64,000 nt of DNA from Bacteriovoracaceae bacterium (GCA_018649885.1 JABIHA010000036.1:1-64000), one strand, 5' to 3'; counted from the first letter of the stretch, positions 20,231 to 31,528 are shown. Notes: generated by a model not told the origin, from the letters alone. A program made the numbers and translations.

Positions 20231-21390
20231 AATACTCTCAAGGCCCGCTCTACAAACCAAAAAATCCCAATCCCAGATATTAGAGAAAGTATCCCCTTCT
20301 TTAAAAACAAATAGTCCAATTTAAAGTTAAGCCTTTTTATTCCAAATACCAGCAGTAAAATCAGTGATACAAATGCAAGCTGACCAGCTTCAACCCCAAA
20401 GTTAAAGGCCAGTGCTGTTTCAAGCTGAGTCGCTTTACTTACACTATACAAAAAGCTTGTAAACCCAAGACCGTGAATCACCCCAATTAAAATTGTGAGT
20501 ATGATTTGGTAGGCATCATTTTTGTTAGGTGATTTCATATATTGAAAGTGGCAAATAAGAAAGATAGAGATACCCAGTGTAAAAAGAAGGCTTTGTTCCC
20601 CAAATGCCAAAATCGAAATTGTCGCAATGATCAGTGGGACATAAGCCCCCCAAGCCTTGGTGGTTTTACCTGTCAAAAAGAAATCATAACAAAGAAGACA
20701 AATACTTAAACCGATAAGTGACTCCACAGTCTGTGCTTGTGCTAAAACTAATCCTAATCTGGATAGGAACAAGGCCAAAAAATGACCTGCAGTAAATCCA
20801 GAAATCAAAATAAGAAGTTTTTTTCTCGATATGACGGTGAGGATCAGAGCAAAAATAAATATCAAATGATCAAGACCTTCAAAAATATGATTAAATCCTG
20901 CTTTAAAAAAATCGCTGATATGATTGGTCCTTGCTCCTTTAAGTTCAACTAGAGCGTGAATACTATTTTTGCTCAAAATAAATTCACTAAATTTGGGACC
21001 ATTGAAGAAATGAAGGATATGAGTGTGATTAGGATTTAAGTCATAAAAGCCACTATTTGTGATTTTTAAATCCTCTGTGCCTTTTTTACAATGATAATCC
21101 CATGCAAGGTGCGCATACTGAGGGGAAGAGTTGGAGTATACAGGTGACTTACCCATGGTACATCCCTGCACCTTGATACTTGCTAAAAGGTAATCACTCA
21201 ACTGGATATGTGAGCGGTGATTAAATTTTGCTAGCTTGTAAAGATTTTGAAGCTGACTTACTTTTATTGAAAAGCTGACGTCGAGCCTTTCCCCATTAAG
21301 CTTCCACACCGAGCTGGAGATGCTCTTTGTATGAGCAAATACTGAATTGCTAAAAAGCACAAAAAAAAGAGTTAATATTTTAAAATACAT
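20227..21390 (-). CDS. HupE/UreJ-family membrane protein
   Basis: GFNHIFEGLDHLIF, GFTAGH, GVIHGLGF, FNFGVEAGQL. Confidence 0.9.
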   Translation of the reverse strand: MYFKILTLFFVLFSNSVFAHTKSISSSVWKLNGERLDVSFSIKVSQLQNLYKLAKFNHRSHIQLSDYLLASIKVQGCTMGKSPVYSNSSPQYAHLAWDYHCKKGTEDLKITNSGFYDLNPNHTHILHFFNGPKFSEFILSKNSIHALVELKGARTNHISDFFKAGFNHIFEGLDHLIFIFALILTVISRKKLLILISGFTAGHFLALFLSRLGLVLAQAQTVESLIGLSICLLCYDFFLTGKTTKAWGAYVPLIIATISILAFGEQSLLFTLGISIFLICHFQYMKSPNKNDAYQIILTILIGVIHGLGFTSFLYSVSKATQLETALAFNFGVEAGQLAFVSLILLLVFGIKRLNFKLDYLFLKKGILSLISGIGIFWFVERALRVF

Positions 21391-22234
21391 TTCGAGTTAT
21401 TTGGCCTCGCTGCTTAAGTCTTGCAAGATAATCTTTCAAGCTTTGATCAATCCTATTTTTATTGTAACTAAACACAATATTTTCTTTTACTCTATCGTAA
21501 GCAAGCGGCTTTCCCGCTCTCTTTTCAGATAAGTATAGTAGGTAAACCTTGTTACCTAAGACAATAGGAGCAGAGATCTGTCCCTCCTCTAAGCTTTTTG
21601 CGACCTCCACAAGATCAGCTCCAATATATTGGCGAACTTTAGTTAACGGGAGTAATGCAAGAGGAAGATAAGAGCTTACCACTTGGCGGTTTTTCTTAGC
21701 ACTTTCAAAGAAGTCCCCTGACTTTTTGGCACTTTCAATAAAATCAGCAGCACTAGCTAGAGTCGCTTCACGAGTAGTTTTTATTGGGAAGTGAATCGCC
21801 GAAAGCTTAATAAACATATCGCTTGAAAAAAGCTCCGGGTGGCCTTGATAGAAACTTTTTAAATCCTCTTCCTTTGGAAGACGGGCCATTTCATGACCTG
21901 CGACTGACTCTATCACCGAGCTAACAAGCTTGTTTCGAATGATAGGATCATTTCTAAAAATCTTTAACTCAAGAGCTTTTTGAATTAAAAGCTCTTCTTC
22001 AATTAATTTTTCTAGGGCCAAACTTCTTATTTCAGAATTTAGTTGATTTTTATTTGAAAGCGATAATAGTGAGAGCTTCTTGTTCAACTGCTCACTTGTA
22101 ATAAAAGACTCCCCTACTTTCGCAGCATAGTTTTCTCTAGAGTCCAATCTTGATTTTAAGGCCGAAGCCAGAGCAAGGACCACTCCCAGAAAAGAAAAGA
22201 TGGGAAGCAAAAAGGAAGTGCTAGACTTATTCAC
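21380..22234 (-). CDS. PpiC/SurA-type peptidyl-prolyl isomerase-like protein
   Basis: GTG start at 22234; LIEEELLIQKALEL, GQISAPI. Confidence 0.8.
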   Translation of the reverse strand: MNKSSTSFLLPIFSFLGVVLALASALKSRLDSRENYAAKVGESFITSEQLNKKLSLLSLSNKNQLNSEIRSLALEKLIEEELLIQKALELKIFRNDPIIRNKLVSSVIESVAGHEMARLPKEEDLKSFYQGHPELFSSDMFIKLSAIHFPIKTTREATLASAADFIESAKKSGDFFESAKKNRQVVSSYLPLALLPLTKVRQYIGADLVEVAKSLEEGQISAPIVLGNKVYLLYLSEKRAGKPLAYDRVKENIVFSYNKNRIDQSLKDYLARLKQRGQITRNVF

Positions 22235-24440
22235 CCTCTCCTCCAAAGGCCACAAAAATAGGTGATGACCAGGCCCTCTCTCCAACATCTGCAAGGCAGT
22301 CATCGTCTGAATTAGATCCACCCTTTACTGTACAATGTTTAACCTTGATACAATTGCCTGAATCATCAAAAGTACAATTTAGGTTTTTCCCGTTAACGAC
22401 CTTTCCTGATGCTTGATGAACGCGAGCATAATAAGTAGAATCCCTACTCATTGACTTAAAGCTTTCATCATTAAAAGTGAATTCGCATATTCCATCATTT
22501 GCAGGACAATCATAAGACTTCCAAGGATCCGTAATTAACTTCTCAACAGGCTCTCCCTGGTAAGATTGAGGTGTTATTTTAATAATTTCGATTTTCGTAA
22601 TTTGCTCTCTTTCACTTGACGGGTTGTAGCACTCACCCTTGCACAACCTTTTTAATTTTTCAGGACCCATAGAGCTCACAGCATAATCAGGGCAGCCAGG
22701 TTTTTGTTTAAATGCACCTTGCGCCCTTACTTTAAATTGAGGGTTTGAGCTCATTTTCGTATCACTACCCATGTGCACCTGTTTCTCACCATTTATTAAA
22801 TCAAACCACAACATTATCCTGGGACCTGACGTACCATAGACCTCTTTATTTTGAAGAGAGTCCCATATCTGACCTCTCGATCTCCCCTGAGAATGCACGG
22901 CCACAAGGCCACCAGTATAGAAAAATGAGCTCATCCTCTCTGTTTCAATATATTGAACTCTTTCGTATTTTGAAGATCCTGCATCAAAAGGAAGTGCATG
23001 GGGAAGTGGTTTTCTCTCTACTTTAGGAAGCCATTTTCTCGAGTCATCTTTTAGGACCCATCCCGCTTCAGTATTTCCCATTCTTCCAAACTCTTTGTAA
23101 CCAGTACCAGGCCTTGCGAAATGGGAGTCACTTGAGGCTATAAAACCAAAGTTAAATCTTTTAACCTGCGTAGGATCTTCAAAATTTGAAATTGCTAGAG
23201 CATACTGAACCGAATTTCCTGGACGATAATTAAAGGCGGGCAAATAACAATCGGTGCATTGACCAGCAGCTAGCCAATCAGTAGGTGTCATTCCTGGAGT
23301 TGTGAGATGACCTGCATTTCCCACATCAACATAGGCCTGTCTGGCCTCGAGCTCTCTTTTATCACACACAGCTTTTGTAAGGCCTGCTTTTAAACATCTC
23401 TTTTTAATTACCAAACCTGCGTAGTGACAACTAGGCATATAATTTTTGGCAGGGGCCCCACAGCTTTGCTTACCATTTTTATCTACATTAACCGCTCTCC
23501 AAGGCCTATACTCTTCAGCATTACCATGACCTGAGAATACCTCAATCAAAAACTGTAGTTTGGGGTCATACCTTTTCCCTACTATTTGTTTATCAAAGCT
23601 AACTCCTCCTGGAGTATAGTTCCCCCAAACAGTGCCATGGGGTATCACCATTACTGGTAGATCCCACTGATGAAGTTTTTCAAAGAGTCCATCTGGGCCT
23701 TCTGTCGTTTCATTACATCCAACCGGTAGCTCCTTGACATGAACTCCTTCCTTACAAGCAATATTATCAAAGCGATCTTTATGAAATTTAGTAAAATCTA
23801 GGTAGTAACCTCGGTTTCCTCCAGGTGCCGCAATAGCAATGGCCATCCTCTTCCAAAAGTTAGCACCCAAATGGGCCTCTTCGGCCATAGAGCCTTTTAC
23901 CGGCTTGGCCCCAATCGGTCTCCTCGGAACTTTGTCCCACTCATAATCTTTTAGGATGACATTTCTATGACCAAAGTGATTTCCTGGCTTACTTCCCGCT
24001 TGAGACCATTCCCATCCAAGAAAAGAAACCATGTCGGGGTTACTGGCATCCCCTGCCACTTCATTACACTGCTTGATCGCCTGTTGGGTTTCACGCCACT
24101 GCCAAGGGGTCAGACCTTCTGCATGATCATTTATGGACCAAAAATCTAGAGCAGAACAATATCTTGCGTAGTCACAAGCATCCGATGGAGGGTGGGCCCC
24201 TTCACCATTCATTATGGGAAGGCTTCCCATAAAAGCATCAAGTGAAAAGGTGGTATGAACATGGAAGTCTCCGAAGAGAATTTGCTTGCTGTTACCTACC
24301 GGTGGAGCATTGGATGGTCTTTTAATGGTCACTGGCGTTCCTCTGCCAATTTTATCACCAAACCAACCCAATCCAAGGCCTGTTAAGCAAACAACTAAGA
24401 CTAGTATAAAACAAAGGACAACTGGTAATTTTTTTTTCAT
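22227..24440 (-). CDS. DUF3604-family (PHP-like metallohydrolase) protein
   Basis: FGDFHVHTTFSLDA, INDHAE, GWEWS, HRNV, SSDSH, YGTSGPR, ERAWSSPI. Confidence 0.9.
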   Translation of the reverse strand: MKKKLPVVLCFILVLVVCLTGLGLGWFGDKIGRGTPVTIKRPSNAPPVGNSKQILFGDFHVHTTFSLDAFMGSLPIMNGEGAHPPSDACDYARYCSALDFWSINDHAEGLTPWQWRETQQAIKQCNEVAGDASNPDMVSFLGWEWSQAGSKPGNHFGHRNVILKDYEWDKVPRRPIGAKPVKGSMAEEAHLGANFWKRMAIAIAAPGGNRGYYLDFTKFHKDRFDNIACKEGVHVKELPVGCNETTEGPDGLFEKLHQWDLPVMVIPHGTVWGNYTPGGVSFDKQIVGKRYDPKLQFLIEVFSGHGNAEEYRPWRAVNVDKNGKQSCGAPAKNYMPSCHYAGLVIKKRCLKAGLTKAVCDKRELEARQAYVDVGNAGHLTTPGMTPTDWLAAGQCTDCYLPAFNYRPGNSVQYALAISNFEDPTQVKRFNFGFIASSDSHFARPGTGYKEFGRMGNTEAGWVLKDDSRKWLPKVERKPLPHALPFDAGSSKYERVQYIETERMSSFFYTGGLVAVHSQGRSRGQIWDSLQNKEVYGTSGPRIMLWFDLINGEKQVHMGSDTKMSSNPQFKVRAQGAFKQKPGCPDYAVSSMGPEKLKRLCKGECYNPSSEREQITKIEIIKITPQSYQGEPVEKLITDPWKSYDCPANDGICEFTFNDESFKSMSRDSTYYARVHQASGKVVNGKNLNCTFDDSGNCIKVKHCTVKGGSNSDDDCLADVGERAWSSPIFVAFGGEGE

Positions 24441-24664
24441 GAAAGCACCTGCTAAGTAGTAATGAGAGCTAAATTTTTTTGTTATTAGATATGATTGAAT
24501 TAGATTAAAAAAATGTCGAGCACAAAAACCAATGGAGCACTAAAGACGCCCGCAACCAGGCGCGGTGCAGAGGGTTTTAATGGAATTTACTTGAAAGTGA
24601 ATGCCATCGATATAAGAATACCGCTAGCTGAATAAGACATATTCCTAAAGATGGAAGGTAATTA

Positions 24665-25327
24665 ATGAAAAAAACTGTAGTTGTTTTAGGTGCAAATCGA
24701 GGGATCGGACTAGAGCTTTGTAGAGAATACCTCGCTGACAGTGAAGTCATTGCTCTTTGCAGGAAAGCATCTGATGAACTAGAAAAACTTGATGTGAAAG
24801 TGATTGAAGGTTTCGATCTCGCTGATGACAATATTGGTGAAAAAATTTCCAGGGAACTTAAGGGGTATCAAATTGATATTTTTATCCACAATGCAGGAGT
24901 TATGATCTCAGATGATCTTGAAAAAATCGATTTTAATAATATAAGAAGACAATTTGAAATCAACACTATCGGGCCACTAAAAATTGGGAAGGCCTTAAGC
25001 ACTATGCTTTCCAGTGGATCAAAAATAGCCTTTATCACCAGTAGAATGGGCTCTATTTCTGACAACACTTCTGGTGGACAATATGGATATCGCATCAGTA
25101 AAAGTGGACTCAATTCCATGGCAAAATCCTTAAGCCTCGATTTACAAAACAAAAATATTGCGGTTGGAGTATTCCATCCGGGTTATGTTCGCACCGACAT
25201 GACTAGAGGGTCTGGTCTAATCAATGCTGATGAGTCAGCTCAGGGCCTAAAAAAAGTCATTGGGAATTTAGATCTAAAAACTACTGGGGGATTTTGGCAT
25301 TCTAATGGAGAATGCCTTCCGTGGTAA
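24665..25327 (+). CDS. SDR oxidoreductase (CsgA/C-factor-like)
   Basis: GANRGIG, NAG, YRISK, HPGYVRTDM. Confidence 0.9.
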   Translation: MKKTVVVLGANRGIGLELCREYLADSEVIALCRKASDELEKLDVKVIEGFDLADDNIGEKISRELKGYQIDIFIHNAGVMISDDLEKIDFNNIRRQFEINTIGPLKIGKALSTMLSSGSKIAFITSRMGSISDNTSGGQYGYRISKSGLNSMAKSLSLDLQNKNIAVGVFHPGYVRTDMTRGSGLINADESAQGLKKVIGNLDLKTTGGFWHSNGECLPW

Positions 25328-25329
25328 TT

Positions 25330-26787
25330 TTAAAACTCTATTTTGTAAATAAATGGACCGCGCTCTGCTACCCAAACAGCGTCTGACTTATCAACTGTTA
25401 GCCCGTCTTTAAGCCTACCAACTCCCTTAACATAGACGGCTGTTTCTGATACCGGGTCAAATAGGTAGACATTACCAGATGATAGAGAGCCAAAAACAAT
25501 CTTTCCGTTAGAAAGTTTGGCCACAGGACCAAAACCTCTGTCTGAGCTGATTTGGTATTCCGTAACTTCTTTAGACTTTAGATCATAGCGAATAAGAGAA
25601 TTTTTACTCCAAAGAGCTGACCAAAGCGCCTCTTTTGTAGAGACGAGAAATGCAGGACAACCACTGATGCTGAGTGAAATTTCAGAGTAGGTGTGCCCGC
25701 CTTTTCTATTTTTGGTAATATGACCAAATTTATTTGCATAACATTCTGTTACAAAGAGGTCTTCGCCTCCCTCTTGTTGAATCACATCAACCGGCCAAGA
25801 GCCCGAACTTGGAACTTTAAAAGCTTCCCAATCTTTCCCGGCTGGATCAAATCTCAGTACATTGTTATTTTTGTGATCAGTAAGCCAGATATAACCCTCT
25901 GTATCTTCAAAGGGAATAGCAGGTGATGAGTTATCGTAGGGAAGTTTGTACCTCTCATATTGATCTGTCAGGGGGTCATACATACCAAGTGTTTGTACAA
26001 AGTATTCGCCAAACCAAATTTTCCCAGAGGCATCGATGCCAATACCATCTGCCCCTTTACCAACTTCTTTGTGAAACCATTTTTTTGTAACCGGATCATA
26101 CCTTGTTAAAAGAGCATTAGAGGGTTGGGTAAACCAAATATTGCCACTATCATCACTTTGAATTTGATCAGGAAAAGTTCCTTTAGGTATAGAAATTTTT
26201 TGCAGTACCCCAGTCTTTGAAAGAGTCGGATTTACAACTACAACTCTTTTAGGAGAAAGCTGTGATGCTTTTGGAAAGCTATGCCCTTGGCCTTCAACTC
26301 TTCTTTCTGCCAGCACTCCTTCAAGTAAAGTTAATGGAAGATTTTCTAGAGTACTATTGGGAAAAGTCAGAGGCTCTAAGTTTTTATAGGGAAGCTCCAT
26401 TCCCATTGCCAAAAACTTTTCATCAAAATTGTAGATTTTAACAAAAGCGTTTGATACAACTTTTCCTCTATAGTAAATTCTGAATTCACTTTTTTCATCA
26501 GTTTTAGAAAATAATTTAATTTGATAATTTTGATTTAATCCACTTAGGGCAAAATCTTCAATCAAACTTTGGTGATCTATAAGAGAAGGAATATCGTAAA
26601 CAAGCACTGTCCTTAAGCTATTTGGTGCCACTCTCTTTTTTAATTTGTATCCACGATACTCAAAAGTGGTTTCCTCAAACTTGTGCCCGCTTTTAAAGTG
26701 TCTGCGAAGTTCATGGGGTACACCCGGAATCTTTGCAAAAGTGCTGAGACTAAAACTGGCCAAAACCATGAACATTGCCATCTTCAC
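25330..26787 (-). CDS. Secreted Vgb (virginiamycin B lyase)-like beta-propeller protein
   Basis: GTG start after AAGGAG; repeated DxxGxIWF / RYDP blades. Confidence 0.75.
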   Translation of the reverse strand: MKMAMFMVLASFSLSTFAKIPGVPHELRRHFKSGHKFEETTFEYRGYKLKKRVAPNSLRTVLVYDIPSLIDHQSLIEDFALSGLNQNYQIKLFSKTDEKSEFRIYYRGKVVSNAFVKIYNFDEKFLAMGMELPYKNLEPLTFPNSTLENLPLTLLEGVLAERRVEGQGHSFPKASQLSPKRVVVVNPTLSKTGVLQKISIPKGTFPDQIQSDDSGNIWFTQPSNALLTRYDPVTKKWFHKEVGKGADGIGIDASGKIWFGEYFVQTLGMYDPLTDQYERYKLPYDNSSPAIPFEDTEGYIWLTDHKNNNVLRFDPAGKDWEAFKVPSSGSWPVDVIQQEGGEDLFVTECYANKFGHITKNRKGGHTYSEISLSISGCPAFLVSTKEALWSALWSKNSLIRYDLKSKEVTEYQISSDRGFGPVAKLSNGKIVFGSLSSGNVYLFDPVSETAVYVKGVGRLKDGLTVDKSDAVWVAERGPFIYKIEF

Positions 26788-27028
26788 TGAAATTCTCCTT
26801 GAAATTTGAATCAGTATTTTTATCACCATCAACATGAAGTTGAAAAAAGCGAATGAGGATGTCATAAATTATTTGATTCAACACTAAGACCAGCATCGTA
26901 ATTTCAGCAAGTTAGAACCGTTGTCACATGGTCACCTTGAAATTAAACACCGTGTTATTTTTTCCAAAATACCCAATCCTACCTGATATTTAGCTATACT
27001 CGGCTTGAACAATTTTAGGGGTCATTTA

Positions 27029-28225
27029 ATGAAAAGAGTATGGACCATTGCGATCGTAGCGCTTATATCAATTAACATTTCCCAAGCTGGGAAGCTTACA
27101 AAAAAGAATCTGCAAAAGCATGTTGGTTTCTTGGCCTCTGAAGAACTTCAAGGCCGATTCCCTCATTCGGAAGGCTCTCAGAAGGCCCGGGATTACATAA
27201 CAAAATCCTTAATGGATTCTGGAATCACCGATATTTATATTCAACAAGGTAAACCCATAAGACCACTGCCCAGACATGGAGCTTTTCCAACATTTCCGGC
27301 CAATAATATAATCGCAAAGTACCCGGCCACTACTGCAACTGACAAATGTATAGTCTATTCTGCTCACTATGATCACGGTCACAAAAACCCCAAGAAATTC
27401 TTCCCAGGCGCCAATGACAACGCCTCTGGAGTAGCCGCCCTTTTAGAGCTAGGACGCCAACTTGTGGTAAATAAAATTCAAACTAACGCTAATATTTATC
27501 TTACCTTCCCAGATTTAGAAGAGCTCTACATCAACGGAAGCCCAAGCATGGTAAAGCACCTACTTGACAGTGAATGCAAAGAAATTATCCTCAACGTAAA
27601 TTTGGACATTGTTGGTGGAGCCTTTTTTGCTGGAATGGAGGGACACTTACTTGAGCTTTCATCAGGACTCACAGCTGATCACTATCAATTTATCGATTCT
27701 GCAGATAAGCACGGCTTAAATATCCACTCAAGTAATATCTATTTAATTGAACCACTTGGAAACCTTGTACCAAGATCTGATTACAGCTCTTTTAGAGCTT
27801 CAGGTGTTCCCTTTATTTTTTATACAGCTGGGACCCCATGGTATTACCACACTCAGTATGACTCTATCGATAAGGTTGATTTCGATTTTCTACAAAATGT
27901 TGTTTTCAGGATTTATTCTCTTGCAAAAAACTATAGCGTCCATGCCCCAAGCTTGACTAACTTCAGCTACAACAACGATCAAACATTGAATCTTGCTAAG
28001 GACGCATCAAACTTTGCTGAAATTTTACAAATATATATTGATAATAGAGAACAAAATCACCTGACAGATCGACAAGTAAAGCGGTTCAGTAAATATATAA
28101 AAAAATTCAAGGATCCTGAGTTTAAGGCCACAAAACTAAAACTTCATAAGTCGGTTATTGATCTCATTATCAGTGTCAAATCAAGTGGGAAGTATTTTAG
28201 TAAATCATCCACTGGTACTAAATAA
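27029..28225 (+). CDS. M28-family peptidase, secreted
   Basis: SAHYD, GANDNASG, EE, NLD, RSDY, YHTQYD. Confidence 0.9.
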   Translation: MKRVWTIAIVALISINISQAGKLTKKNLQKHVGFLASEELQGRFPHSEGSQKARDYITKSLMDSGITDIYIQQGKPIRPLPRHGAFPTFPANNIIAKYPATTATDKCIVYSAHYDHGHKNPKKFFPGANDNASGVAALLELGRQLVVNKIQTNANIYLTFPDLEELYINGSPSMVKHLLDSECKEIILNVNLDIVGGAFFAGMEGHLLELSSGLTADHYQFIDSADKHGLNIHSSNIYLIEPLGNLVPRSDYSSFRASGVPFIFYTAGTPWYYHTQYDSIDKVDFDFLQNVVFRIYSLAKNYSVHAPSLTNFSYNNDQTLNLAKDASNFAEILQIYIDNREQNHLTDRQVKRFSKYIKKFKDPEFKATKLKLHKSVIDLIISVKSSGKYFSKSSTGTK

Positions 28226-28271
28226 TAAATTCAGGGTGGACTCAGGTACCTTATAAGTTGATAATAAAAGT

Positions 28272-28652
28272 GTGAAGAAACCAGAAGAAACCCATATTCT
28301 CGTCGTCGATGATGAGGAAGATCTGCGAACCTGCCTTGCCGAATACCTAGAGCTCGAAGGCTATATTGTAAAGCTTGCAAGCAATGGAAAGCAGGCGTTT
28401 GAGATAGTGAAACAAGGCGATATCGATATTATTCTATCTGATGTCAGAATGGCCGGAGGTGATGGTATCTCTCTACTTGAAAATGTCAGAAAGCTCTTCC
28501 CAGTCAAACCAGCACTTTATTTTATAACAGGATATGCAGAAATAACCTCTGAGGACGCTGTTAAGAAAGGTGCACAAATGATCTTCCACAAACCTGTTAT
28601 AATCGATGAAATTATTAATGAATTTACTAGTTACTTAAAAGCAATATCCTAA
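28272..28652 (+). CDS. Response regulator receiver protein
   Basis: VVDDE, SDVRM, ITGY, HKP. Confidence 0.9.
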   Translation: MKKPEETHILVVDDEEDLRTCLAEYLELEGYIVKLASNGKQAFEIVKQGDIDIILSDVRMAGGDGISLLENVRKLFPVKPALYFITGYAEITSEDAVKKGAQMIFHKPVIIDEIINEFTSYLKAIS

Positions 28653-28671
28653 TCCAAAAGAAAGTGAGCTT

Positions 28672-29076
28672 ATGAAAGATGTAAAAGTATCGGGCATAAT
28701 GCATAGAGATTTAATTTCCTTATCTCCAGATGTCAGCATTCGAGATGCTATAGACATGATGGCCTCCCAACATATTGGCAGTATTTTCATTCAAGCTGGT
28801 GAATTGAAAGAATGCGGGATAATTACTGAAAGAGATGTCCTTAATATTGTCGCCAAGTCCATTGATCTGTCTGAGCCCGTAAGTACGGTGATGAGTAAAG
28901 ATCTAATCTATGTTGGCCCCGAGGATAACTTATTAGAAGTTTTTACCATGATGATAGATAACCTTATTAGACATGCCCCCATTAAGGATGAAAATGACAA
29001 AGTAATTTCAATCTTATCACTAAGGGCCATCTGCCAAACTTTTCGCACTCACATCGCCTCAGGTGACTTCACCTAG
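28672..29076 (+). CDS. CBS-domain pair protein
   Basis: GIITERDV, VMSKDL, IRHAP. Confidence 0.9.
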   Translation: MKDVKVSGIMHRDLISLSPDVSIRDAIDMMASQHIGSIFIQAGELKECGIITERDVLNIVAKSIDLSEPVSTVMSKDLIYVGPEDNLLEVFTMMIDNLIRHAPIKDENDKVISILSLRAICQTFRTHIASGDFT

Positions 29077-29079
29077 AAA

Positions 29080-29976
29080 CTAAGCTCTTTTTTTCCGCCA
29101 TAATACGAGATACACAGACAAAAATAAAACTATCGAAGTGGGAAGTATCGATAGTGCAGGGAGTTTACTGAAGAAAACCAATCCAATAAGTGCAGTGATT
29201 GGAACCTGTAAGTAGGAGAAGATAAAAGTCTTTGATACATCTAACATCTCTAGAGATTTAAGATTGAGAAGATAAACCACAGCAGTAGAGAAGACCACTT
29301 CAAATAGCATTAATGAGACATTTTGTTTGCTGAGCAGTGTATATTCTATCAGTTCAGGAATATGCGAAAAAGATAGACTTGATAAAAAGATCCCACCAAA
29401 AAATAACATCCCTCCACTTACAACACTTGCAGGAATATATTGGTAGATATTTTTACTCCAAACCATTCCCGCTGAAAATAAAAAGACATTAATCATAATA
29501 TAGATATCGCCTTTCAAGGCCCCATCAAAACTTGTGTCTCCACTACCAAATATATAAAAAATCAAAGTTGCATATCCCAGGATTAGACCAAGCACTTTTC
29601 GTGGGTTTCGCTCTTCGCCCAAAAAGGCCATTGCCATCATTGAGCTGACAAGAGGAATACTATTAGAAAAGAGTGCTGCGTGCATAGGAGTGCTTAATTT
29701 GAGTCCTTTCATGAAAAATATCTGGTTTAATCCAAAGCTCAATATCCCAATCAGCACAACCATCAAAAATTTACCATAGTTGTATCTAACTACAGAAAAT
29801 AACTTTTTCCAGTTAAACGCTAAAATTAAAAATCCACCAATGATTCCCCTGACAGCAGCAAATGAAATGGGGTCAACATTTTCAATAATCCCTTTGGCCA
29901 CCACATAGTGTGCGCTTAAAAAAAGCTGCACTAAAATACAGAAAATATAGGCAATCAAATTTCTATGAGTTGTCAT
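29080..29976 (-). CDS. DMT/EamA transporter
   Basis: About 10 hydrophobic segments in two EamA repeats. Confidence 0.85.
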   Translation of the reverse strand: MTTHRNLIAYIFCILVQLFLSAHYVVAKGIIENVDPISFAAVRGIIGGFLILAFNWKKLFSVVRYNYGKFLMVVLIGILSFGLNQIFFMKGLKLSTPMHAALFSNSIPLVSSMMAMAFLGEERNPRKVLGLILGYATLIFYIFGSGDTSFDGALKGDIYIMINVFLFSAGMVWSKNIYQYIPASVVSGGMLFFGGIFLSSLSFSHIPELIEYTLLSKQNVSLMLFEVVFSTAVVYLLNLKSLEMLDVSKTFIFSYLQVPITALIGLVFFSKLPALSILPTSIVLFLSVYLVLWRKKRA

Positions 29977-30844
29977 TTTTAGAGCTTGCCAGAAGTTGTT
30001 TGTAGAATAATTTCTTTCTCTTTTCTAATAATTCATTTTCTTTAAAGATCAAGTGAAGCTCTGATTTTAAAACCTTCTCAGAGGCCTTTTTCAGCACTCC
30101 CCTTTTGATCTCATCACTGACACTAATAAGTGGCATCACACTATAGTAATTCCCGCATTGAAGTGTATCTTTCATGGACTTATGTGAATTGACTGAAGTT
30201 TGGATATGAATTTTTGAATATTGAGAGTTTTTATAGTGCATTTTTAAAAAGCTCATCAAAAGAGGATCGTCCTCTCTATAGGTGACAAACCGGGCACAAC
30301 CGAGATCAAATTTCTCCTCATTTTTTCCCTTTGTTACCAAAACCGCATTTTCTTTCATCAGTCTATAGGCTCGCATATTCTCATGTGTTATGGCCTCGGT
30401 TACAATTCCAAAATCTAATTTCCCGGCCTTCACTTTCTCCACAATCTCAAACTCTTTTAAATAGCTCACTCTAAGAAGTATCTCTGGATATTTCTTTTGA
30501 AAGCTAAGGAAGTATTTCATCATCTTGTGCTGACCAACTTCGGCCAGGCAGCCAATGCTAATTTTCCCGCCCAAAGCGTCCACACGGCCTTGCAGCTCGC
30601 TATAAACACCCTTGACCCAGCTCATTTGAGTTGAAATCTCCGAGCGCAGCCTATCCCCCTCTTCAGTGAGGTAAACATTGTGCTTATCCCTAGAAAAAAG
30701 CGAAAGCCCCAAATCTTCCTCAAGCAGTCGAATCTGCCTTGAGACTGCTGGCTGAGCAATCCCCAGCACAACTGCAGTTTTCGAAAAGCTAAGATTGTCA
30801 CATAGCACCAAAAAGCACTCAAGATATTTGAAATTCAAAGACAT
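29963..30844 (-). CDS. LysR-family transcriptional regulator
   Basis: SFSKTA..AQPAVSRQIRLLEEDLG..LF HTH. Confidence 0.92.
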   Translation of the reverse strand: MSLNFKYLECFLVLCDNLSFSKTAVVLGIAQPAVSRQIRLLEEDLGLSLFSRDKHNVYLTEEGDRLRSEISTQMSWVKGVYSELQGRVDALGGKISIGCLAEVGQHKMMKYFLSFQKKYPEILLRVSYLKEFEIVEKVKAGKLDFGIVTEAITHENMRAYRLMKENAVLVTKGKNEEKFDLGCARFVTYREDDPLLMSFLKMHYKNSQYSKIHIQTSVNSHKSMKDTLQCGNYYSVMPLISVSDEIKRGVLKKASEKVLKSELHLIFKENELLEKRKKLFYKQLLASSKNDNS

Positions 30845-30949
30845 GGGACTCCTTATTATTAAAAATTTTTATAACAAAAATAAAAATTATGCATTTTATT
30901 TATAGTTAGCAAAAGGCTACAAATTGATCAATTAAAACTTGGAGAAATA

Positions 30950-31528
30950 ATGAAATTAGCACTATTAGTACTTATCACAACAATTAGCATTAACAGCTGG
31001 GCCCAATTAATAGATTCAAGCATCTATAAAAAAATGCCCTACACAAACCTCTACGCTGGTAGTGGCGCCCTTGTTATGAATATTAACTACACTGCTGTAA
31101 AAAAAATCCGACTCGCACTTGAAAAAAGCACCGGGAGTATTCTAAAAAATAGAGGTGAGGCCCACATCACAGTCATCACCCCGCCTGAATTTCAAAACTC
31201 TCTCGGCCTTATTTTATCCTCAAAAGAAATTCATCAACTAGCAAAGAAGAGAATTCAAGATGCGAAATTTTCCGTCATCTGCATCGGTGAAGGAAAAGCA
31301 CAAATAGGCGCCAAGTGGGAGAAAACATATTTCTTAGTTGTCGAGTCAAATGATCTTATCAATCTTAGGCATGAAATCTACAGTGAATATTTACAAAAAG
31401 GTGGAGACGCCAAGTTGTTTGATCCGGACCAGTACCACCCCCACATCACAATTGGATTTACAAAAAAAGATCTTCACCCACATCAAGGAGTGGTTAAAAA
31501 TGTGACCAGCTGTAGAGATGACCAATAA
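30950..31528 (+). CDS. Secreted 2H phosphoesterase
   Basis: Two HxT motifs (AHITV, PHITI); signal peptide. Confidence 0.8.
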   Translation: MKLALLVLITTISINSWAQLIDSSIYKKMPYTNLYAGSGALVMNINYTAVKKIRLALEKSTGSILKNRGEAHITVITPPEFQNSLGLILSSKEIHQLAKKRIQDAKFSVICIGEGKAQIGAKWEKTYFLVVESNDLINLRHEIYSEYLQKGGDAKLFDPDQYHPHITIGFTKKDLHPHQGVVKNVTSCRDDQ

